64,000 bases of DNA. It comes from Owenia fusiformis (lineage: Eukaryota). The notes beneath the pieces were generated by a model. The model was not told the origin of the DNA and made no database searches. It worked only from the letters and a program-made list of their open reading frames with translations. Below are positions 54,661 to 64,000 of the stretch, one piece after another. Position 1 is the first letter of the stretch, and each line of letters starts with the position of its first letter. The position numbers were made by a program, and so were the translations under genes. The stretch covers positions 16,988,001 through 17,052,000 of the forward strand of contig CAIIXF020000001.1 of NCBI GenBank assembly GCA_903813345.2. The letters run 5' to 3'.

Positions 54661-55300
54661 AGAAAAAATGTTGTGGGGATTCTGCCTACAATGCGTGAAA
54701 TAAGGAAAAAAGAAAAATCGTACCTTCGACGTTCCGACATTTTGTTACCAAAATGAACCGTTTCGGTAACCAGTGTAATCGAGCGGATCACCAGTGAATA
54801 GATAGCATACTATATTAAGGGAGTTCTTTAATTTTTTTGAAAATAACATGGCAGAGAAGCATTGAAATATGAGGTCACAGATATGATAGCTAAACTACAA
54901 AACAAACTAAAATAAACAAAAGAACATGTATAAATGTTTCTATTTTTACATGTTCTGTTTCAATGTGGTCCTTTAATTGCTTATTTTTTAGATTCAGAGA
55001 AGTTCCAAACATTCAAAATTTTACTGTAATCTCATCTACTCTACGACCCCCACTTAGATTTGTAAAAAACATAAGTGGGGGTAACCAAACTCGTCTGGCC
55101 CTGTTATCCACTCCCTGATTCTGAAATGTCGAGACCAACAACGTCAGGCGTAGATAACTGGGCCATACGGGTTTTTGTTAAAGTGGGGGTAGAATGCGAT
55201 AAATCGCATGATGTATGGTCTCTCTAAAATTCTCTTATTTTTAACATGGGAAATCGTCACTTCAGCAAATTCACATGTCATTTATTTATGTTCCAAAATT

Positions 55301-55760
55301 CACCCTATGCAGACAGAGCCTGTGGGAAATATTGGGTGCGGAGCAAATGAGCGGAGGGTGCGGAGCTAACGGTCATTTTTGAATTTAAATTTGGGATATT
55401 TCTGAAACTAAGCAGTTTTGGGACTTCAAATATACCAAGATATGTGTATTTGACACCAAATATCAATACAATTGTGAAAATAGTAGCGCAATTCATTCTG
55501 TAGCGACGCAGTGTGCCTTAAACCTTTCCCAGACCTATATATTTTGAAATTATGCTTTTAATACTGAGTCCCCAGCATTCATAAAAAATGGTGTTCAAGG
55601 TACACTATCTATACAAATTATTTTTGCATCTTGGAAGCCAGGCAGTATCTGTGTGCTTTTATAAAAATTCGGAAATGTTTTTCAGATATGAGCCCCCTCT
55701 AAATATTGGGTGCGGAGGAGCTCCATAAACGTACCTGCCTTCCTCTGTCTGCATAGGGTG
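55301..55760. mobile_element. Transib-like MITE (CAC termini, 5-bp TSD)
   Basis: Perfect 18-bp TIR CACCCTATGCAGACAGAG / CTCTGTCTGCATAGGGTG, with TSD AAATT on both sides. Confidence 0.8.
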
Positions 55761-58700
55761 AAATTTATTTAGGCTAGTATTAATATGTATATAACATATG
55801 CCTGGCAAAATTTTGTGAATTTAATTTAAAATCAAACATTATCCATTATGATTTAGGTTCGCCTTTGACAGTTTTTGATGTGGAAATGTGTCTGTTATTA
55901 AGCATACACCCTTTACCAATTTACGGAGACTGAAAGGTCAACCTGAAACTTCAACCTTCCTTGAAATTGTATGATTATCAGGCCCGTAGCCAGGGGGGGG
56001 GGGGGGTTCGCAGGGTTCGGGCGAACCCCCCCCCCCCTGGCCAAAAATTCTTTCAAAATCATGCAGTTTTCACCATTTTGAGCACTTCTCAAGTGATTTT
56101 GTCCATATTTGGGCCAAAATTGTCAAATGTGAACCCCCCTTGGCAAATCCTGGCTACGGGCCTGATTATTGATATTTATATTTTTTAATCGAAATGGTGT
56201 TTGTTATAAGCACACGACTGAAAAGTGTATTTCATCTTCAGCAAATCTGAAATTAAGCTTTGTTTTTATTGATCGAATTCAATGAAAGTTAATTTCTTTT
56301 AAGTTAAGTTAACTTTTATCAGCCTTTAAAAAAACTACTATTGTCATCTGTTTTTCCATCTTAGTGTACAATAGTTCTCTACTCTGTTTTCAGAAGTAGG
56401 AGATGAACCAGATTTTTGTAGCTTTCATCCATGATAACCCTGAGACCTTGTTGGTTGTGTTTAGATGATGGTGTTTCATACTAACAGCTAATCAGGTATA
56501 TTATTTCATCGTTTGATTTAATTAACTTGCATCATTTGTGGCTCTTTGCTTCAGAAAGTATTCATTTATATTTAATGCAGTTATTATTTAACTTTCACAG
56601 TTTCACAGCAAATGAGATACTGTAAATTGCTTTAATTTGGTGCTATTTAATTTGGCGCCCTGTGCAAATTTTAAAAGTATGACTGCTATATAATTAAGTT
56701 CTTTTAAAAGGTTTGAACTTAATCCTGATTGACACAATTTTATAACATCTCAGTAGATTTACTCATCATATTCACAATTTAAAGGTCTTATCTTAATCAA
56801 TACAATTTGAAATAAAAGTATAAAATAAAGTAACAGTCTTTTAAAGTACTACTATTGTCCTCTATTTTCCCATCTACCTATTCTGTTTTCAGGATTGTTG
56901 TAGCCTTCACCCATGATAACCCTGAGATGATTTTGGCTGTGTTGAGATGAGTGGTGTTATGCTAATCAGGTAGGCCTATATTATTTCTAGAGGTGTCACA
57001 CTGACCCGAAGTTGACCTGCCATATTTTATCTCAGAAAGTTAAGAGTCATTCTCAGGTATCTACTTTCCTACCGTTCCAACATTTCAAATTATTATCCAA
57101 TAGAATATTTTAATAAATAGATCTCTAGTTAAATCATTGGATGAAGATTATGAGAGTCAACGAAGGAATGTTTTGGCTATATGATTCTACTGTAGAAATA
57201 CAAAAGGATAGTACAAAAAGCTACTAGGGATCTATAAACAGATGAGCATAGGGATTGTTTTACCCCAGAGTAGTCCCAAAAAGTCTCCTGAGACAAAGAT
57301 CAGATCTGGTGGAAGAAAGATTACACCCTCAGGTGCATTTTCAGATAACCAACTAATAAAATGTTTATACTACAAGTCTCTAAAATATTTCAGACAAACT
57401 AGCAGTACAAGCAGAATGGAACATTTGACGGTTTGGAAGTTAGGCAGTCTAGAGTCCTCTGAGCTTGGGGAGTTGCGAGGAAAGTGACTTCGGTAAGTCC
57501 AGGTTAATCTATTATTCATTATAGAAGTATTTTATATATATTAAGTTTACAGCAGAATCAAATCTAGCAAGATCCTTGTCATTCTATTCTAAAAATATAA
57601 AGTGCAGACTTTACTTCAGGAATACTAGAGTATTTTACCAAAGAATTTTACAATTATGTATTTTATTTTATATATATGGCTTCCATATTTATATTTGGAA
57701 GAATTAAAAAATTTTCCCGATTTTCGCACTTTTAATCCTCAATAACTTACTGATTTACAACACATTGTAGACCTTTGAGACATATTGTATCTGAGATTGT
57801 AAAGAATAGATCGCTAGCTCAATTTTGGTTGAAAATGACACTGCAAAATATACAGAGTGGGTATGGGTATACAGGTTACATTTCATACTTTTCAATAGAT
57901 TGATTTTTTCCAGGAAAATGTCCAAAAACAAGCAGAAATGGCAATGTGTTAAACATGCAACCAGGGAAACAACGACTGAGCTGTACAAGTCATTTGAAAA
58001 AACATTTGGAAAGTGATGAGGACCAATGAGAGCTCATGCTTTCAAGGAAAAATGAACACTTAGCATAAACAATATCTGTTCCGAGAAGCAAGCCAGTTTG
58101 AATTAAATTTTTATCTCTATGACAAGTAACGGGACAGTACTTTTAAGATTGCATAGATATAATGGCTTCATATCTGAAACATGCAATTTTTCTAGATTTA
58201 TTCCCAACTTAAAATGGTCATTATTGCTTTTTGAAAATCAATACCATGTTAACTAATAGAGCATTTGTTCAAGCTCAAATTAGAATATTTATTCATTCCC
58301 GTTCAGAAAAATAACAATATAACCCCTAAACAGTTAGGCTATAGATAATTACATTCATAGTAATGGTCTGGGCACAATCTCGGAAATGAAATATCGAAAT
58401 ATCATCAAAGGTTAATCCCATACTTAGTAGTGTTATAGGTAAATAACATGCGGGAATATAATTGATATCTGAGTTGAGCGGGAGATATATAAGGGTTATG
58501 TACTGGGAGGTTTTGGATACAGGTTTTATCCCAAGGGAAATATGTGTATATCCCGAGGGACCGCAGGGACCAAGGGATATACACATATTTCCCGAGGGAT
58601 AAACCCTGTATCCAAAACCGACCGTACATAACAGATGTATTTCATACCTACTGATGTTCTTGGTACGTCATATACCTTATAAAGTTCCAAAATTCAAAAA

Positions 58701-59379
58701 TATACTTAAGATACACATTTTCTTGGTGTTTTAAAGTGGTTTTTAAGTTTCTGAGATTATCAAACTCATATAGCCTAACTCATATTTTGAAAAATAAAAT
58801 TTGAAAAAAATGTGAAAATCTTTTTTTTAAAAATGTGAAAAAAAAGTTGGGGAAAAATGGGAAATTTCAATGCATATTTAATTCTCATAATCTACTAAGT
58901 ATAGGATAAATCAGTTATTAAATGCTCGATTTTTGATACAGTGTATATCCCTCAGTAAATACAATATAGTCACGATTTATTAGTTAAAATATGCCTAATT
59001 CAATTTTAAGACAAGCCAGAACAGCAAATCTCCCCTGCCCCTTAACCGTTTAGGGGTTAATAAAATACTTAATAAAACTTATTAACGATAGGATAGATTT
59101 TTGATAGATAACATACGAGACTGTAATTATATTTAAGTTCAATTCTGTGTGTCAATATTCTCTATTTGGATGCTCAAAAAAGTTCTTGTGTATTAACTCA
59201 TTAATTATTGGAAAAACAATATACATTTGTTAATAAGTCAAAGCATAAGTTAGTTGTGTTTTACCTTCACATGTGAAAATGTTAGGCTTAGTGTGTTATA
59301 TATAATTTTACTGAACATCGGTGTCTACATCTTCCTGTACAGGAACTTTAAATTATGTTCATGTAATGATTCATTTAAC

Positions 59380-62170
59380 TGGACGTTAGTCATTACTATC
59401 ACTATATCTTGTTGATGGCATAATTAAGGTTACTAGAACATTCCTTGCATGTGTTGTCCTAACTTGATGTAACCAGAAGTTATGAATTTGCCATGTATGT
59501 GACAAGCACGTTACAGTCTCTTTATTTTGGCAAAGTCGTTGTTAAGGTTGGTACTACATTCCTGGCTCGTGATATCTAAGTCGAACGTAACTTGTATACT
59601 CATTTATGCTTGTCCACACTTTCCTTTGCCTACAACGTTCTATAGTTAATGTTACCAGAACTTTAACTTGGCCACGTATATGTGACGTTGCATTAGCACG
59701 TCACAGTCTGTTATTTTATTTTTGCAGTCATTGTTAAGGTTGCTACTACATTCCTAGCACATGATATTTAAGTAAAATGTAACGTTGTATAAACATCTGT
59801 GCGAGTCCAGACCTTCCTGTGCCTACATCGGTCCAAGACAAACGTTACCAGAACTTTAAACTGGCCAGGTATATGTTACGTTGCATAAGCACATTACAGT
59901 TTCACTATTTTTGCGAAATCATTGTTAAGGTTGGTTCTACATTCCTGGCACGTAATATTTAAGTCAAATGTAACGTTCTTTAAACATCTGTGCGAGTCCA
60001 CACCTTCCTGTACCTACAACGTTCCATAATTAACGTACCAGAACTTAAAACTGGCCACGTATATGTGACGTTGCAGAAGCACATTACAGTCTCGTTATTT
60101 TTGCGAAGTTATCGTTTAGGTTGGTTCTACGTTCCTGGCACGTGATATTTAAGTCAAATGTAACGTTCTTTGAACATCTGTGCGAGTCCACAACTTCCTG
60201 TACCTACAACGTTCCATAATTAACGTATCAGAAATTTAGATTGGCCACGTATTTATGACGTAATGTAAGTACGTTACATTTTCGTTATTTTGGCGAAGTC
60301 ATCGTTTAGGTTGGTTCCACGTTCCTGGCACGTGATATTTAAGTCAAATATAACGTTCTTTAAACATCTGTGCGAGTCCACACCTTCCTGTACCTACAAC
60401 GTTCCATATTAACGTTACCAGAAATTTAGATTGGCCACGTATATATGACGTAATGTAAGTACGTTACATTTTCGTTATTTTGGTGACGTAATTGTTAAGG
60501 TCGCTACTACGTTCCTGACACGTGATATTTAAGTCAAATGTAACGTTCTTTAAACATCTATGCGAGTCCACACCTTCCTGTACCTACAACGTTCCATATC
60601 AACGTTACCAGAAATTTAGATTGGCCACGTATATATGACGTAATGTAAGTACGTTACATTTTCGTTATTTTGGTGACGTAATTGTTAAGGTCGCTACTAC
60701 GTTCCTGACACGTGATATTTAAGTCAAAAGTAACGTTCTTTAAACATCTATGCGAGTCCACACCTTCCTGTACCTACAACGTTCCATATCAACGTTACCA
60801 GAAATTTAGATTGGCCACGTATATATGACGTAATGTAAGTACGTTACAGTTTCGTTATTTTGGCAACATAATTGTTAAGGTCGCTACTACGTTCCTGACA
60901 CGTGATATTTAAGTCAAATGTAACGTTCTTTAAACATCTGTGCGAGTCCACAACTTCCTGTACCTACAACGTTCCATATCAACGTTACCAGAAATTTAGA
61001 TTGGCCACGTATTTATGACGTAATGTAAGTACGTTACATTTTCGTTATTTTGGCGAAGTCATCGTTTAGGTTGGTTCTACGCTCCTGGCACGTGATATTT
61101 AAGTCAAATGTAACGTTCTTTAAACATCTGTGCGAGTCCACACCTTCCTGTACCTACAACGTTCCATATCAATGTTACCAGAAATTTAGATTGGCCACGT
61201 ATTTATGACGTAATGTAAGTACGTTACATTTTCGTTATTTTGGTGACGTTATTGTTAAGGTCGCTACTACGTTCCTGACACGTGATATTTAAGTCAAATG
61301 TAACGTTCTTTAAACATCTATGCGAGTCCACACCTTCCTGTACCTACAACGTTCCATATCAACGTTACCAGAAATTTAGATTGGCCACGTATATATGACG
61401 TAATGTAAGTACGTTACAGTTTCGTTATTTTGGCAACGTTATTGTTAAGGTCGCTACTACGTTCCTGACACGTGATATTTAAGTCAAATGTAACGTTCTT
61501 TAAACATCTGTGCGAGTCCACACCTTCCTGTACCTACAACGTTCCATTTCAACGTTACCAGAAATTTAGATTGGCCACGTATTTATGACGTAATGTAAGT
61601 ACGTTACTTTTTCGTTATTTTGGTGACGTAATTGTTAAGGTCGCTACTACGTTCCTGACACGTGATATTTAAGTCAAATGTAACGTTCTTTAAACATCTA
61701 TGCGAGTCCACACCTTCCTGTACCTACAACGTTCCATATCAACGTTACCAGAAATTTAGATTGGCCACGTATATATGACGTAATGTAAGTACGTTACAGT
61801 TTCGTTATTTTGGCGACGTAATTGTTAAGGTCGCTACTACGTTCCTGACACGTGATATTTAAGTCAAATGTAACGTTCTTTAAACATCTGTGCGAGTCCA
61901 CACCTTCCTGTACCTACAACGTTCCATATCAACGTTACCAGAAATTTAGATTGGCCACGTATATATGACGTAATGTAAGTACGTTACAGTTTCCTTATTT
62001 TGGCGACGTAATTGTTAAGGTCGCTACTACGTTCCTGACACGTGATATTTAAGTCAAATGTAACGTTCTTTAAACATCTGTGCGAGTCCACACCTTCCTG
62101 TACCTACAACGTTCCATATTTAACGTTGCTACAACTTGAGACATATATTCTGACGACGTTATCACAACGT
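59380..62170. repeat. Tandem array, 190-bp unit, ~14-15 copies
   Basis: The TACCTACAAC anchor occurs at 60011, 60201, 60391 and on to 62101 (exact 190-bp spacing, 12 copies). About 3 degenerate copies lie on the inner side. Confidence 0.95.
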
Positions 62171-64000
62171 AAAATTGTTAGCTGGGTACTGGGTATAATT
62201 GAGCTATTGGGTATCGGCACTAATACAAACGTGTGTTAGTTTAAGCTCGACATAGATCCGAGTATTTATGAAAGAAGTCTGGGTTGCGATCTCCAGTTGT
62301 CGGCAATGTTGATCTAAGTGTTCGCCCTTTAGATTCCATATGGCACCATTCCGCTAAACGCAATCCAAATGCTCTGTTTGGTAAATTAAACAACCTATCG
62401 TTTCAAGACGATTCTGGCTTGGTATTTATGTGAAAAATACTTATCAGGTATCATCCACACGCATGTTAGGTTAATTTTATCACACCTATAAAGACCATTT
62501 AGAAATGATATCGGCTCCCTCCTGGAAGTAAATGGAAAAACATTATGTTAACCCCTAACAGTTCCGTTCCAAATACATAACACCGGTTACATAAAACCCG
62601 GTATAAACCACACAAACTTGGGCAACAGTGGGGTCTTATGCTTTTAAGAGAGTTCACCTTACTCCGTAATTATCAAATCTAATTGGACGATCCTTCCTGA
62701 TGTGCCAGTGTGCGTCCTATCATCATTAGAAAGTTTTGAATTAATGGATCATTCAGAAACCAACTCGGTCCAGTGGTCACATTTTAGTCCAGCAACAGTA
62801 TCCCAACGTCTGTCAACATATCATGATCGTAGTTCCCATAGAAACAGCACACATGGTGAAACCACAATAAGGGCAATAAAAGGGCACGCCCCATCTTTTA
62901 TATACACGTTAGTAGACATTACCAAAAGGGTACCACCAAAAGTAAGCCATCCAATACAGAAGTGAGGCCCACCACTAGGATGTTTCGGAATGCCCCTAAT
63001 TTGTACATACTCGTCAATTTCAACTCAAATGTAAGCAGGAAGTAAATAAAAACCAAGATAACACTCCACCCCTACATATTACCCATATCAAGGCTCACTG
63101 CGTACGTGCCTTGAATCTCTGGTCACACACAACCATCTCTGAGCTCATTAAGTTGCCATTTCAAACCCAGTGGATTTTTTGTCTGTTTGTAAGTATCAAT
63201 AACCGAGATGAACACTAATCTAGTTTGTTGTTTCTATTACACCCAGGTTCTACATACCTCACACTAAGCACAACCTCGTAAGTTGACTCGATAGTTTGGT
63301 CTAAGAAAAACATTGCATTTCCCGATGACTACCAATATACTTCAAAATCACTGGATTTTGTTTAACACAGCAGTAATGTATTTAATTTGAACGAAATCTG
63401 ATCGGCTATTTACTTGTATTCCCATCGAGTTCAAAGGCATATCTTTTAAAAGCCCCTCTGAGTCGGGGGATCAGTATAATGTTTATAGAAACAAGATACA
63501 GCCTACTCGATTTGCTCCTTGCGGCGCGTGGATCTCGAGCCTCGATCCTTACAGTATAGGCCTATATAGAAAGTTGATGAAAGAAATGTTCCATTAGCCT
63601 TCTTTATAACTCTAAAACAACATGTATGGTTAGAAGAATATGGATCAAATAGCAGGTATCATACACTGTGGTATTAAACATACTTGACATGCATCACACG
63701 AAAATAATTCACATTTCAAAATACTTTTTCAAAGTAAAAGTTCTTAATTCGAATTACGTCTCCTATCTTGATATCTGAACGTAGACTATACAATTAGTGG
63801 TATAGATGTCTTTGGAACATGTTAGAAAAAGAGATTCGACACTTAAGTGAGAAACAATTTTGGTTGTTGTGTTACTTGAAGTTTGACATTTTGGAAGTGG
63901 AGCACATAAATGAATTCAAAGTTGACAACAAATTAAAAATTGTTTTGGAAAAAATAATGTCACTTTGATACTATGATTGTATTTAGTACTTTCGACCTAA

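Larger units (their letters stand above)
50911..62186. mobile_element. ~11.3-kb non-autonomous EnSpm/CACTA-like DNA transposon with subterminal satellite arrays
   Basis: TA|CCCAGCAAACA ... TGTTAGCTGGG|TA (11-bp TIR with one mismatch; TA on both sides). ACGT-rich tandem arrays lie directly inside both ends. No transposase ORF. Confidence 0.75.

Noticed and set aside
50985-62170. CRISPR-like arrays
   Set aside because: The units are contiguous near-identical monomers with no unique spacers, there are no cas genes, and the context is eukaryotic.
62200-63500. Possible retroelement or gene remnant (ORF 62702-62965; LVVPFW-like word on the minus strand)
   Set aside because: Frames are short and interrupted by stops, with no convincing domain motif. 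A tBLASTn search would be needed.

Overview
AT-rich, intron-containing eukaryotic DNA, most likely from a marine invertebrate such as a lophotrochozoan (inferred from gene and repeat types). Six protein-coding genes were built by hand from splice sites and translation. (1) An intronless class A GPCR (1240-2706, +). (2) A secreted somatomedin-B/Cys-rich protein (9785-10939, +). (3) The first four coding exons of TRAPPC12 (17815-13406, -); the later exons were not found, so the gene probably runs off the left edge. (4) A complete 9-exon EIPR1/TSSC1 (20461-35418, +), head-to-head with TRAPPC12 as in human. (5) A GT10 alpha-1,3-fucosyltransferase (37296-39512, +). (6) A two-exon, 122-aa, 6-Cys eclosion-hormone-like neuropeptide precursor (43823-41953, -) that the ORF track splits and misses. 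The right part holds an 11.3-kb TA-flanked EnSpm/CACTA-like element (50911-62186) with two different ACGT-rich satellite arrays (119 bp and 190 bp units) at its ends and exon-like pieces inside. Introns and intergenic DNA contain many MITEs (hAT-, Kolobok-, Tc1-, Transib- and Helentron-like) and two LINE remnants. No rRNA, tRNA or CRISPR was recognised. All family assignments come from recalled motifs, not database searches.
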